Assembly (NCBI RefSeq): GCF_006345805.1
Contig: NW_021832284.1
Location: forward strand, 62,001 to 126,000
Length of the DNA stretch: 64,000 nucleotides
Origin: Octopus sinensis
Lineage: Eukaryota
Direction: 5' to 3'
This document shows, one piece after another, positions 41,196 through 54,863 of this stretch. The notes below the pieces were generated by a model, which made no database searches, had not been told where the DNA came from, and saw only the letters and a list, made by a program, of their open reading frames with translations. Position 1 is the stretch's first letter. Every line of letters starts with the position of its first letter. A program made the position numbers and the translations under genes.

Positions 41196-41762
41196 CATTG
41201 CATGCTTTAGCTGAGAATGTCGATGATATACTCTGTAAGACATCAAAACTATTCACTGAAAATACGTATTTCGAACTCGGCTCGCTACCAATTGCTTTGA
41301 GTTCGGTATTCGAAATTTTTTTCCCGACTCCAATTGCGAATATCATAGTTCCACTCTTTTTCACCTTTTCAGCTGCTTTTACTGTCAAGACCTGATTATT
41401 TGAGTTTCCGTCTGTGATGACAACTGCAATATTCAACACATCTTTTCGGTCACCAGACATTGCAGTGAACGAAGAATCTTTAAGGTAATTTAAAGCGGCA
41501 TAGGTGTGTGTCCAGCCTCCGATGTGAGCTATTCTGTCAATCGCTGTGTTTAAATCAAGGATATTCCTGAATTTATTCAAATTAAATTGGTTCTTTACAT
41601 TGGTGCTAAATGTGATAATACCAACTTGGACAGCATTTGATGATATTGGAAAAGTTGAGACAAGTTTCTTGACAAAAGTTTTCATCACTAGAAAATCCTT
41701 TTTAGAAATGCTTCCAGAGTCGTCTAATACAAACATGATATCTGCCACAGCATTTCCACACG
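41196..41762 (-). CDS. VWA (von Willebrand factor A) domain exon
   Basis: 567 bp, phase 1-1; ADIMFVLDDSGS (DxSxS MIDAS), GGWT, VVITDG, IFAIGVG motifs; tttcag|CG...G|gtaagt. Confidence 0.92.
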
Positions 41763-41875
41763 CTGAAACTAAAATGAAATAAAAATGTATTACAATAGTA
41801 ATATATATATATCGAGAAGTATTATGTAAATAAATTGATTTTCTTTGTTCACACACACCATTTTCTTTATATCAA

Positions 41876-41916
<41 letters not shown>

Positions 41917-42257
41917 ATATAAAGAAAATGGTGTGTGTGAACAAAGAAAATCAATTTATTTACATAATACTTCTCGATTTCATGTCGCCGATGCACGTTT
42001 CAATTCCTACCTTCATTCATATATTAATATTAAATTGAATTTAAAAGGTAAAAGTCTCCTCAAAGCAAAATTGACGTAAATTCATGTACATCCTAAAGGA
42101 TAGAGTTCCTTACAAACAGACATACTAGCTTGTGTGTATGTTTGTGTGTGTTTGTGTGTGAGTGTATGTGTGTGCTATGTGTGCTTGTGTGTGTGTATTT
42201 ATGTGTGTGGGTGTGTATGCCAGTGTGCTTGTGTGTGTCTGTTTGTGCGTGCGTGTA

Positions 42258-42309
<52 letters not shown>

Positions 42310-42801
42310 TGTGTGTGTGTGTGTGTGATTGTCAATAATGTATACATATGCATTTGTAGCGTCAATGGCGTTAGAAATAAACTAGATAAAAGTATCATCA
42401 TACCAATGTTTTCTGCATCTGAAAAAGATGAAAATGAGAGTCTTGTAGAATTATAAAATGAATATACTTTTCATAATTTTACAAGACCCTCATTTTCATC
42501 CTTTTCAGGGGCAGAAAATAAGGTTATTATTCAAGGACAACGATACTCAAACCAGAAACTCCCCTAATCCCAAGGAATGTCCTAAGGAGATTTACTTAAG
42601 GGCTGTCTAATCATAATTTGCAAGGGTGGGTGGAGGGAAAATGGTACAGTACCCCGTAACAATGGAGAATATCCAACCTGTTAGGATGTACTATTCCGAA
42701 AGTTCGCCAAGGCATACTATTGTGAATATAACCGGGCAACGACGGGATACTCAGTTAATTTGTGTGTTTGTGTGTGTGTAGAAAGAGAGAGAGAGAAAGA
42801 G

Positions 42802-42848
<47 letters not shown>

Positions 42849-43034
42849 GGGGGTATTTTGAGGAATATCATGCAAACATTCTCCTAAATTCCTAACCAAG
42901 CCATTCAACCAATCGCGCCTTTCTCAATATGCGTTCACGAGGAACCTACCTTGGCTCTTTAAATATACTTGTAAAACAAAATTTATGATAAATCTATGCC
43001 TATAAATTATGGCTATTTGTTATGTTATACTTAC

Positions 43035-43145
43035 ATGTATTACAGTAACTTCCAGAGTAACCAGGTTTACATTTACAGGTGAAACTATGTCCTTTCCTGA
43101 TACATGTACCGCCGTTCTTACATGGTTTCGTATGGCATGGATCGA
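43035..43145 (-). CDS. EGF exon 7: [37 protein letters not shown]
   Basis: 111 bp, phase 1-1, canonical splice sites. Confidence 0.88.
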
Positions 43146-43328
43146 CTAGAGTATAAAAGAAATCGATGTTTTATTTCACAATCACATCTTTATTTACAAC
43201 GGAATATAACAGAATTCGCATTTTGAATTTCCTGTCTAAACCTTTTACATATTTTCTCGATTTCTCTTTACTTTTTAAATCATTTTCTCCCGTATTCTTC
43301 CTGATTTGTAGCAAGAGAAATTAATTTT

Positions 43329-43360
<32 letters not shown>

Positions 43361-43737
43361 TATCATCATCATCATCATCATCATCATCGCCAGATGCGTT
43401 AAATGATGTAGCCAGTCATTGGGGTGCCACTAAAGAAACTTTTATTTTCAGCCATCGCCACTTCGTAGTAGGTTCGTTGTGATGTGGACTGTCCAGTCCT
43501 TAACGTTGTCAAACCAGGAATTTCTATGTCTGTGTGTGTGTATATAAGTCAGGACGCCATGATAGATCGTTAGCTCCTACACACATTTTTTCTCTCCTTT
43601 TTTTCTGTGTATCTTTCTGTCGAAGAGCGTAGGCTCGAAACGTAAAAGACTTTTTCTATTCCTGAGCGCTATACTAATACATTTGTTTGTTTGTACTCCA
43701 CCTGCCTTCGTCTTTTGTTTACTTTCGAAAACTTTCC

Positions 43738-43787
<50 letters not shown>

Positions 43788-43822
43788 TATAATATATATA
43801 TATTATAATATATATATATAAT

Positions 43823-43909
<87 letters not shown>

Positions 43910-44861
43910 ATATATATTATATATATATAATATATATATATATATATTATATATATAATATATATATATATAATATATATATATATATAAAATAGAGATA
44001 AAACCACTATTATGCAACTCAAACAGTAATAGACATAAACCAATACATAAATAACCAAGTGGTTTTATCTCTAATTCCTATTTTATATATTTATACTGTG
44101 AAATTTGATTTAATACTTAATTGAATTTTTCCCTGTAAATTTGGAGTTATACTCCCTAATATTATTATTAGTATTATATATATATATATATATAATATAT
44201 ATATATATATATTTGTATATATATATGTATACTTTTCTCGTCTAGGTTCAAGGAACGAAATTTTGAGGGAGTGGTTCTAGTCGATTACATCCACACCAGT
44301 ACGCAACTGGTACTTAATTTATTGACCTCGAAAGGTTGAAGACCAGAGTCAACCTCGGTGCAACGAAAAGACAGACGAAAATCCTCTTAGCATTTCGTTC
44401 GGCGTGCTAAGTTGTAGATATATATATATATATAGTATGAAGAAAATGGAAAGTAAAAATCAATTTATTTACATAATAGCAGTCAATTTCATGTCTCCTA
44501 TGCAGGTTTCAATTCCTACCTTCATTCATATTTTCCAATTAAATTGAATTTAAAAGGTAAAAATCACATTGTCGTGCAGTTACTGTTTACATCTCGTTCA
44601 GATATTTATTATTGCTATGAAATGAATAGATTTTACATAATTTTACAAGATTCATTTTCATCCTTTTCAGAAGCAGAAAATAACAGTATGATGCAAGGTC
44701 AACAAAATTAAAACCAGCAGCTCCCCTAATCCCAATGAATGTCCCAAGGGGATCTATAATTTTGAGGGCCGCCAAATTTGGTCCCCACTCACACCCTATT
44801 TTTACTGCCAGCTAAACTAAATACAAATTATTGGCGACCTAATCGGAGCAATAACAATGAA

Positions 44862-45179
44862 GGTACTACTTGAGAACCGTGGTCCCAGTGCGCGCACTCG
44901 CGTAGTCGCACATCCGCGCTAGCTAGTCGTGACTAGTCGATCCTACAACGACTACCTAGCAAAGTAAATAAAACACAAAATAAATAATTTTTTACACAAA
45001 GTAAATAATTTTTGTTAAACAAAGTAAATAAAACACAAAAACACATGTTAAATAATTTTTTCAAACAAAGTAAATAACACAAAAAAACACAAAGTAAGGA
45101 TCGACTAGTCACGACTAGCTAGCGCGGATGCGCGAGTACGCGAGTGCTCGCACCGGAACTACTGTTCTCAAGCAGTACC
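44862..45179. mobile_element. MULE/Mutator-type MITE
   Basis: About 85-bp CpG-rich TIRs starting GGTACT; 9-bp TSD AACAATGAA (44853-44861 and 45180-45188); A-rich internal repeats. Confidence 0.85.
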
Positions 45180-45440
45180 AACAATGAATTTCATACCATG
45201 AACTCACAGTGAGTATCCTAAAGAGTTTCAATTTCTGAAGGGCCGCTTAAATAGGTCCCCACTGACACCCGCAACTTTTGTGGGTAGGGAGTTTGGAATG
45301 GAACCTCGAATAATTAATACCAGGAAAATACATACACAATGAACGTGTCCGAGACCACTACAGTACAGAAGTTATACGTCGCAAGGTTGGCTAGAAAGAC
45401 GCCCGATTGGCAGCTTCAAGGCTGCTAATATTATACTTAC

Positions 45441-45554
45441 ATACAGTACAGCATATTCCGGAGTAACCAGGTCTGCATGTACAGAAGAATTTACGACCTC
45501 TCCTGAAACATGTCCTGCGGTTCTTAAACGATATCCTAAGACATGGATTTATCA
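45441..45554 (-). CDS. EGF exon 6 (divergent): LINPCLRISFKNRRTCFRRGRKFFCTCRPGYSGICCTV
   Basis: 114 bp, phase 1-1, open frame; second Cys replaced by Phe, extra Cys near C-end. Confidence 0.7.
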
Positions 45555-46666
45555 CTGTATAAAAGAAATATGAGCCTTATTTCGCTGTCTTCTCTATATT
45601 CATATGGATATAACGATAGAATATCCTGTAACGAATGTTTATCTCTGTATATATTTATTTATTTCTCTTCATCTCTCTGAGTAAGAAAAATTATTGGATT
45701 TGTTTTTTAAATAATAATTTGCTATAACATCGAAAGTTAAAGCATAAAATTTTATACAAAATTATCTAACGAGAAACCAGCAAGAATCCGGATTTCGCAA
45801 TTTTACCAACATTGCAGGGACGTTTCCACAGCTATTGATACTCTTCCGTCGCTTTTAGCCCTATACAACTCTAGGAGGAGAAGCCTCCTCAAGAAGGAAT
45901 TCTGCAGTTTTGTGGCTTATACGTTATGCCCATGTTAAGGAATATATGCAGAATGCTATTATGAAGCCATACAGCTTTCGTGGCTAATAACGATTATGCT
46001 TACATATATGTATATGTGTATGCGTACGTCTGTGTTTCGGTATGTGTGGTGTATGTGAGTGTGAGTGTGTATATGTATGTGTACTCTGAATTTTTTCTTT
46101 AAAAACAAAATCTGGGCTTCGGGTTTCAAAACAATTTGTAAATTTTCAAAATCTCTTTCTTAAACAAAAGCGTCACTCTTTGTTTTTAAGTGCGGACTGC
46201 AAAAGAAAATTGGACAAAAAAATCTATTCTGAGGCTGGGAGCCGAGATTAATAAATTTTCAAACATTTTCTTCCAATGAAAAGTTCCCCAAATCAGCATT
46301 TGAAAGGGTGTAAGGAAGAAAACTGAAGAATAATCGTCGCAATTGAGAAAATCCAACCTGTTTCGGAGTACTATGCTGAAAGTCCGCCAAGTCACCCAAT
46401 TGCGAAAATTACACGGCAACTACGGCAGATTCAGTAAATGCGAGTATGTGTATATATACGTGTATATTAGAGAGAGTAGCGACAGAGGGATGGGGATTCA
46501 TTACGTGGATTAACACGCGAAGTTTCTCCCAATATATTTCCATTAACCAAACCATTCAACCAAGCACCTTTCTTAATATGTATTGGCTCTTTAAATATAC
46601 TTGTAAAACAAAGTCTATGATAAATCTATGTCTATAAATGATAGCTATTTGTTATGTTATACTTAC

Positions 46667-46777
46667 ATATATTACAGTATCTTCCAGAGTAACCAGGTCT
46701 GCATTTACAGGTGAAACTACTTCCTTTCCTGATACAAAAACCACCGTTCTTACATGGTCTCCTATGGCATCGATTGA
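46667..46777 (-). CDS. EGF exon 5: FNRCHRRPCKNGGFCIRKGSSFTCKCRPGYSGRYCNI
   Basis: 111 bp, phase 1-1, canonical splice sites. Confidence 0.87.
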
Positions 46778-47362
46778 CTAGTGTATAAAATAAATATGAG
46801 CGTTATTCGACAGCGTTCTATATATTTATAAGTTTATAACGATAAAAAAACGGTAAATAGAACGAAAGTTCTATTTACCGTTGTACTTATTGTTTATCTC
46901 TGTATATATTTAATTTCTTTCTCTTCATCTCTCTGAGTAAGAAAAATTATTGGATTTGTTTTTTAAATAATAAATTGCTATAACATCGAAAGTTAAAGCA
47001 TAAAATTTTATCCAAAATTATCTACCGACAAACCAGCAAAAATCCGGATTTCGCAATGTTACCAACATTGCTCGGACATTTCCACAGCTATTGATACTCT
47101 TCCGTCGCTTTTAGCCCTATACAACTCTAGGAGGAGAGCCTCCTCAAGAAGGAATTCTGCAGTTTTGTGGCTTATACGTTATGCCCAAGTTAAGGAATAT
47201 ATGCAGAATGCTATTATGAAGTCATACATCTTTTGTGGCTAATAACGATTATGCTTACATATATGTATATGTGTATGCGTACATCTGTGTTTCGGTATAT
47301 GTGGGTGTATGTGAGTGTGCATATGTGTGTGTGCTCTCTATTTGTGCGTGCGAGCGCGTGTA

Positions 47363-47406
<44 letters not shown>

Positions 47407-47817
47407 TTGATAGAAAGAAAGAAAAAACAAAGAAAGATCCACAGACAGACTGCCAGACTGATAGATAAATACAAAGGGAAACACACAAACGGACAGACAG
47501 ACAACCAAACAGACAGATAGACAGACAGACAAACAAAGAGACAGCCAGATAGATAGATAGATAGATTAGATAGATAGATAGATGGATAGATAGATAGATT
47601 AGATAGATAGATAGCAAGATAGATAGATAGATAGATATATAGATAGATAGATAGATATAGATAGATAGATAGACAGATACATAAATAGATAGATAGATAG
47701 ACAGATAGATAGATAGATACATAGATAGATAGATAGATGGATGGATAGATAGACAGATAGATAGATAGATAGATAGATGGATGGATAGATAGACAGATAC
47801 ATAAATAGATAGATAGA

Positions 47818-48114
47818 TAACTTTCTCAATTGGTCACACAGGGGTGGACACAGAGGGGACAATACAAATGTAGAGCTTTTCTTTTCGGAGATGGAAAAGG
47901 AAAAAGAAAAAATAGGAAACAAATGTAAAATTTCGATGAAAAGGGATCGTGTATCACAGAAGAAAAAAATTCTTTTATCAATTTTTCAAAGTAACAGACA
48001 AGATTAGGTTCATCAGTGGAAAGAAAAGTTTACAGAAAAGACCACGGTAACCTCAGGCAGGGAGTAAATAAACACATGAATGCAATGTACTCTCTCTTTC
48101 TCTCTCTCACTCTC

Positions 48115-48180
<66 letters not shown>

Positions 48181-48545
48181 ACGATTTACAGGATCATGCT
48201 CAATGTGGTTTCGTCTTTCGCACGCACCATCTTTGCTACATTCACCCACCTTTTTGAAACTTTCACGAAACAAATCTTGCCTCCTCATTCTCACCTTCCT
48301 TTTGAAGTGGTACTTGAAAAAGATGATGAGCGATTGGCCAGAGAGATAAGTATTTCTCTCTAATCTTTTCGCTTAAGTCCAGCACACACATTCTTTCGCC
48401 ATAGCCACAAGTACGATGAAAACTGCCTTGCTTTCCTGGTTGAGGGAATGGAGCCGTGCAACACTCACAACAGTCTCGGCCGACAGGCGGACATGACCCA
48501 CACATGACAGCAGCCGTTAGGCATAAACCCGCATGTCCGAAATGG
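47818..48545 (-). mobile_element. Tx1-clade LINE 3' fragment (internally deleted duplicate of the 50.5-52.1 kb copy)
   Basis: High identity to 50515-51255; abuts (GATA)n. Confidence 0.8.
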
Positions 48546-48685
48546 TCCCCAAAACTAAGCATGGTACATTCATACACCTTGCTTTTCATTAAAGCAAATT
48601 CCTTTCTATGAATGTATAACATTCCAAGCTCCTTTAATATATTTATAAAAGGACACCTTAGGATTATTTTTAGTGTTATACTTAC

Positions 48686-48796
48686 ACGAACGACAGTATC
48701 GTCCCATATAACCACGTCGGCATTTACAGATGAATCTACGTCCTCTCCTGATACATGCGCCACCGTTCTTACAAGGTTTCTTATAGCATAGATTGA
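48686..48796 (-). CDS. EGF exon 4: FNLCYKKPCKNGGACIRRGRRFICKCRRGYMGRYCRS
   Basis: 111 bp, phase 1-1; near-identical to EGF exon 2. Confidence 0.85.
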
Positions 48797-49483
48797 CTTG
48801 TATATAAAAGACTTAAAATTACAATTTCACAATCTTGTGTATAATGGAGGAATTCCATTTTACAAACTTCCTGTCTAGTGCTTTTAATTACTTTCTTTAA
48901 ATAAAAAATATTAACTACGTGTTTCAAAACAATTTGTAAATATTCAAAGTCTTTTTCTTAAGCAAAAGCGTCACTCCTTGTTTTTTAGTGCGTACTGCAA
49001 ACAGAAAATTGGACAAAAAAAATCTGTCCTGAGGCTGGGAGCCGAGATTCATAAATTTTCAAACATTTTTTTCCTATGAAAAGTTCCCCAAATCATCATT
49101 TGAAAGAGTGTAAGGAAGAAAAACTGAAGATTAACCGTCACAATTGAGAAAATTCAACCTGTTTCGGTGTACTATTCTGAAAGTCCGCCAAGTCACTCAA
49201 TTGCTAAAATTACCCGGCAACGACGGAAAATTCAGTTAATGCGAGTATGTGTATATATACGTGTATATTAGAGAGAGGGGCGACAGAGGGATGGGGATTC
49301 ATTACCTGGATTAACACGCGAAGTTTCTCCCAATATATTTTCATTAACCAAGCCATTCAACCAAGCACCTTTCTTAATATGAATTCATGAGAAACCTACC
49401 TTGGCTCTTAAATATACTTGTAAAACAACATCTATGATAAATCTATGCCTATAAATTATGGCTATTGGTTATGTTATACTTAC

Positions 49484-49594
49484 ATATATTACAGTATCTT
49501 CCAGAGTAACCAGGTCTGCATTTACAGGTGAAACTACGTCCTTTCCTGATACACAAACCACCGCTCTTACATGGTCTCCTATGGCATGGATTGA
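49484..49594 (-). CDS. EGF exon 3: FNPCHRRPCKSGGLCIRKGRSFTCKCRPGYSGRYCNI
   Basis: 111 bp, phase 1-1, canonical splice sites. Confidence 0.88.
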
Positions 49595-50174
49595 CTAGTG
49601 TATAAAATAAATATGAGCCTTATTCGACAGTGTTCTATTTATTTATAAGGGTATAACGATAGAATATCCTTTAACGAAAGTTCTATTTACCGTTGTACTT
49701 ATTGTTTATCTCTGTATATATTTATTTTCTTTCTCTTCATCTCTCTGAGTAAGAAAAATTATTGGATTTGTTTTTTAAATAATAATTTGCTATAACATCG
49801 AAAAGTAAAGCATAAATTTTATCCAAAATTATCTACTGAGAAACCATCAAAAATCGGGATTTCGCAATTTTACCAACGTTGCAGGGACGTTTCCACAGCT
49901 ATTGATACTCTTTCGTCGCTTTTAGCCCTATACAACTCTAGGAGGAGAAGCCTCCTCAAGAAGGGATTCTGCAGTTTTGTGGCTTATACGTTATGCCCAT
50001 GTTGAGTAATATATGCAGAATGCTATTATGAAGCCATACAGCTTTCGTGGGTAATAACGATTATGCTTACATATATGTATATGTATATGCGTACATCTGT
50101 GTTTCGGTATATGTGGGTGTATGTGAGTGTGCATATGTGTGTGTGCTCTGTATTTGTGTTTGCGAGAGCGTGTA

Positions 50175-50216
<42 letters not shown>

Positions 50217-50310
50217 ATATATGCGTAGATAGAAAGAAAGAAAAAACAAAGAAAGATCGACAGACAGACTGCCAGACTGATAGATAAATACAAAGGGAAA
50301 CACACAAACG

Positions 50311-50358
<48 letters not shown>

Positions 50359-50417
50359 AAGAGACAGACAAATAGATAGATAGACAGATACATAAATAGA
50401 TAGATAGATAGATAGAG

Positions 50418-50514
<97 letters not shown>

Positions 50515-50515
<1 letters not shown>

Positions 50516-50820
50516 TTTGATAACTTTCTTTATTGGAAACACATGGTTTGGACACAGAGTGGACAATACAAATGCAGAGCTTTTCTTTTCGGAGATGGAA
50601 AAGGAAAAAGAAAAAGAAGGAAACAAATGTAAAATTTTGATCAAAAGGGATCGGGAAAAAAAAGCGATCAAATGGGATCGCGTATCACAGAAGGAAAAAA
50701 AAATTTTATCAATTTTCTCAAAGTAACAAACAAGATTAGGTTCATCAGTGGAAAGAAAAGTTTACAGAAAAGACCACGGTAACCTCAGGCAGGGAGTAAA
50801 TAAACACATGAATGCAATGT

Positions 50821-50893
<73 letters not shown>

Positions 50894-52085
50894 TACGATT
50901 TACAGGATCATGCTCAATGTGGTTTCGTCTTTCGCACGCACCATCTTTGTTACATTCACCCACCTTTTTGAAACTTTCACGAAACAAATCTTGCCTCCTC
51001 ATTCTCATCTTCCTTTTAAAGTGGTACTTGAAAGAGTTGATGAGGGATTGGCCAGAGAGATAAGTATTTCTCTCTAATCTTTGCGCTTGAGTCCACCACA
51101 CACATTCTTTCGCCATAGCCACAAGTACGATGAAAACTGCCTTGCTTTCCTGGTTGAGGGAAGGGAGCGGTGCAATATTCGAAACAGTCTCGGCCGACAG
51201 GCGGACTTGTCCCACACATGACAGCAGCCGTTCGGCATAATCCCACAGGTCCGAAATGGATGGACACTGCACGAATGCGTGCAGAACGGTTTCGTCGCTC
51301 CGGTCGCATCTCGAGCAAGTAGGTCCAGTGTGTTTCGAACCGTGCCTGTAGAGCTTATCCTGAACAGGTACTGCTTCTCGATAGCACTACCAGGCCAAGG
51401 ATCTTTGGTGATTGTCCATAGGTCCAGGTCCGAATGTTGTCCTGAACAGGCGGGTCAGGTGTCTCTCGTCGACGCCGAGATTCTGCCCGAGAATGTCGTC
51501 GCACCTCCCCTCCACCAATCCTCTATAACACGTCTTTGTTCTAATGAAGTCGAACAAATTTGATCCCGGACGGCAGAGTTACTGAAGAGCAACCTGACAC
51601 TCGCGGTGCCATTCGCCTAGCCTCGGTCTCTGTTTGATCCACGATTGTAGTTCGGCCAAGGAGACGAGCTGCGGAAACGCGTGTCGCACAAATGGCATCC
51701 ATACCTGTTCACCGTCGTCTATGAAGTGCCAGAGACGTCGAGGTCTCAGCGCATGTCTGCGCATCATCAACCACGGCATGCCTAGCCCTCCATTTAGCGG
51801 GTGATGACAGCAAATGGATCGCCTAACCATCGGAACGCTTCCCTTCCACATGAAGCGGAAGAGTATGCGTTCCAGTTTCGTAATGGTAGGGTCGGGACAA
51901 GGCACGACGGTCAGACGGTACTCGATGACGGATGCGATGTACGCGTTCGCCAACTCCTCCCGACCTTTTACGGATAGCTTCCTCTCAGATTTTTGCTGGG
52001 TGAGAGTGGCCACCCTAGTTGTTATTTCGCCCCAATTCTTCTCCATTTGGAGGTCCGGACCATACATAGCGAGGAAAATTACGTT
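50515..52085 (-). mobile_element. 5'-truncated Tx1/L1-clade LINE
   Basis: KGREELANAYIASVIEYRL..KLERILFRFMWKG..GGLGMP RT C-part and zinc motif remnants; 3' end abuts (GATA)n. Confidence 0.85.
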
Positions 52086-52236
52086 TTGAAATAAAGTCCA
52101 ATTAATCCCCAAAACTAAGCAATGTACATTCATACACCTTGCTTTTCATTAAATCAAATTCCTTTCTATGAATGTATAACTCCTTTAATATATTTATAAA
52201 AGGACACCTTAGGATTATTTTTAGTGTTATACTTAC

Positions 52237-52347
52237 ACGAACGACAGTATCGTCCAATATAACCACGTCGGCATTTACAGATGAATCTACGTCCTCTCCT
52301 GATACATGCGCCACCGTTCTTACAAGGTTTCTTATAGCATGGATTCA
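52237..52347 (-). CDS. EGF exon 2: LNPCYKKPCKNGGACIRRGRRFICKCRRGYIGRYCRS
   Basis: 111 bp, phase 1-1, aag|...|gtaagt; 6 Cys. Confidence 0.88.
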
Positions 52348-53047
52348 CTTGTATATAAAAGAATTAAAATTAGAATTTCACAATCTTGTGTATATTTACA
52401 ATGAAGTAATGGAGGAATTCCATTTTACAAATTTCCTGTCTAGTGCTTTTAATTATTTTCTTTAAAAAAAAAATGTGAGCTTCGGGTTTCAAAACAATTT
52501 GTAAATTTTCAAAATTTTTTTCTTAAACAAAAGCGTCACTCTTTGTTTTTAATTGCGGACTGCAAAAAGAAAATTGGACAAAAAAGTCTGTCCTGAGGCT
52601 GGGAGCCGAGATTCATAAATTTTCAAACATTTTCTTCCAATAAAAATTTCCCCAAATCATCATTTGAAAGGGTGTAAGGAAGAAAACTGAAGAATAACCA
52701 TCGCAATTAAGAAAATCCAACCTGTTTCGGTGTACTATTCTGAAAGTCCGCCAAGTCACTCAATTGCGAAAATTACCCGGCAACGACGGAAAATTCAGTT
52801 AATGCGAGTATGTGTATATATACATCTATATTAGAGAGGGGGTTGACAGAGGGATGGGGGTTCAGGACGTCGAATAACACACAAAGTTTCTACCAAGATA
52901 TTTCCATTAAACGAGCCATTCAACCTATCACCTTTCTTAATATGTATTCATGAGAAACCTGTCTTGGCTCTTTAAATATACTTGTAAAACAAAATCTATG
53001 ATAAATCTATGCCTATAAATTATGGCTACTTGTTATGTTATACTTAC

Positions 53048-53158
53048 ATATATTACAGCATTTTCCAGAGTAACCAGGTCTGCATTTACAGGTAAATCTA
53101 TGTCCTTTCCTGATACATGTGCCGCCATTCTTACATGGTCTCCTATAGCATGGATTGA
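53048..53158 (-). CDS. EGF exon 1: [37 protein letters not shown]
   Basis: 111 bp, phase 1-1, tag|...|gtaagt; EGF Cys spacing plus one extra Cys. Confidence 0.88.
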
Positions 53159-53342
53159 CTAGTGTATAAAATAAATATGAGCCTTATTCCACAGTGTTCT
53201 ATATATTTATAAGGGTATAACGATAGAATATCCTTTAACGAAAGTTCTATTTACCGTTGTACTTATTGTCTATCTCTGTATATATTTATTTTCTTTGTCA
53301 TCATCTCTCTGTGTAAGAAATATGATTGGATTTTTTTTTAAC

Positions 53343-53636
53343 AAAGAGCTGTTCTTCACTCCTGCTCCAGAGCGTAGGCTGCTGGGTCACTCTGAAAAGC
53401 TCTATCTGCGACGATTTCATCTCAATCGAACGAGAAGGGCTTTCTCCGTCCGAGTTGCGTATCCGTGGAATAAGCTGCCGGACGAGATAGTGAAGCTGCC
53501 GACGACCGCTCGGTTCAAAGCCTCTCTTGATCAGAAATGGCCTGAACTCTTTGCATGAACACCACCCTGTACATAACTCCATGTCCCCCTACATGGCCTT
53601 CCTTTTTGCTTTTTGAGCCAAAAACTTAGCTTAACT
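53343..53636 (+). mobile_element. CR1-clade LINE 3' fragment
   Basis: GHSEKL..FSVRVAYPWNKLPDEIV..FKASLD; absent from paralogous intron copies at the ttttaa site. Confidence 0.8.
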
Positions 53637-54739
53637 TTTAAATAATAATTTGCTATAACAATGAAAAGTAAAGCATAAAATTTTATCCAAAATTAGCCAC
53701 CGAGAAAATTTTTGTGTCGAGGAGTGCTATTTACGGAACCATCATTGTCATGAATTAGAAGAATTGGGGAACTCGCAAAAGTGATAGATATTCTTCAAGC
53801 AAAGTACAAAAAGGATTAGCTATACATTGTAAGATGCGAGATCTGGTACTTTGCAGTTTATGCACCCAGTCACACTTCGCGATTCGAATGATGGTCTTTT
53901 CAAAGTTGCGATACTGAGTAAGGGCCTCCCAGTTTGCAAGAATGGGTAAATATCTTCAAGCGTTTTATGCCGGGTTATTTTCGTGTAATATCTAACACAC
54001 TTATGAAGGAATCATTCGAAAGACTTGGAGTGTGAATTTGGTTCCGTGGAAATTTAAAACGAAGTTCCTATGAGGACAGATTTACTCACCCTTTTAGTTG
54101 TTTCTGATGTTGCCTTAAATATTGGGTGTTTGGCATGTAATTTTGAATGTAGCAATTTCAATAAGTGTAATTAATTATAACCTGCTAGTTTCATTAAGAA
54201 TCCTGTTAATTTCATATTAATGTGTAACTATTTAGCCGATTAAAACCTTGTAATAATTACAATCAGGCTTTTAAAAATATAATCGATATTAAAAATGTGG
54301 AGGTGCAATGGCCCAGTGGTTAGGGCAGCGGATCGTGGTCGGAGGATCGCGGTTTCGATTCCCAGACCGGGCGTTGTGTGTGTTTATTGAGCGAAAGCAC
54401 CTAAAAAGCTCCACGATGCTCCGGCAGGGGGTGGTGGCGACTCCTGTTGTACTCTTTCGCCACACAAAAAAAAAATAAGGCGGCGAGCTGGCAGAAACGT
54501 TAGCAGACCGGACGAAATTCTTCGCGGTATTGCGTCTGTCGTTGCGTTCTGAGTTCAAATTCCGCCGAGGTCGACTTTGTCTTTCATCCTTTCGGGGTCG
54601 ATAAATTAAGTACCAGTTACGCACTGGGGTCGATGTAATCGACTTAATCCATTTGTCTGTCCTTGTTTGTCCCCTCTATGTTTAGCCCCTTGTGGGCAAT
54701 AAAGAAAGAGATATCAAAAATGAATAAACCATAACTAAC

Positions 54740-54863
54740 CAATTTCGTAAACACTGTTTGCCAAGAATCCGCCACACGTCTGCCCTGACTTGCATTTCAT
54801 ATTACAATTATGGGCTCCACCATATTTGGAATACCTTCCGCTACAAAAACATTGTTTTCCATA
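54740..54863 (-). CDS. Exon 4: WSC domain C-half [41 protein letters not shown]
   Basis: tatgctttcag|TAT...ATTG|gttagt; 124 bp, phase 0-1; GxxCFC...CxxxC...CGG...SVY motif. Confidence 0.88.

Noticed and set aside
43620-43660. Hammerhead-like CTGTCGAAGAGCGTAGGCTCGAAAC (similar at 55438-55475)
   Set aside because: The invariant A of CUGA is T in both copies and stems I/III are poor
53700-54290. Possible extra exon or PLE fragment between WSC and EGF1
   Set aside because: The candidate micro-exon has a stop in the required phase; no motif clear enough to call
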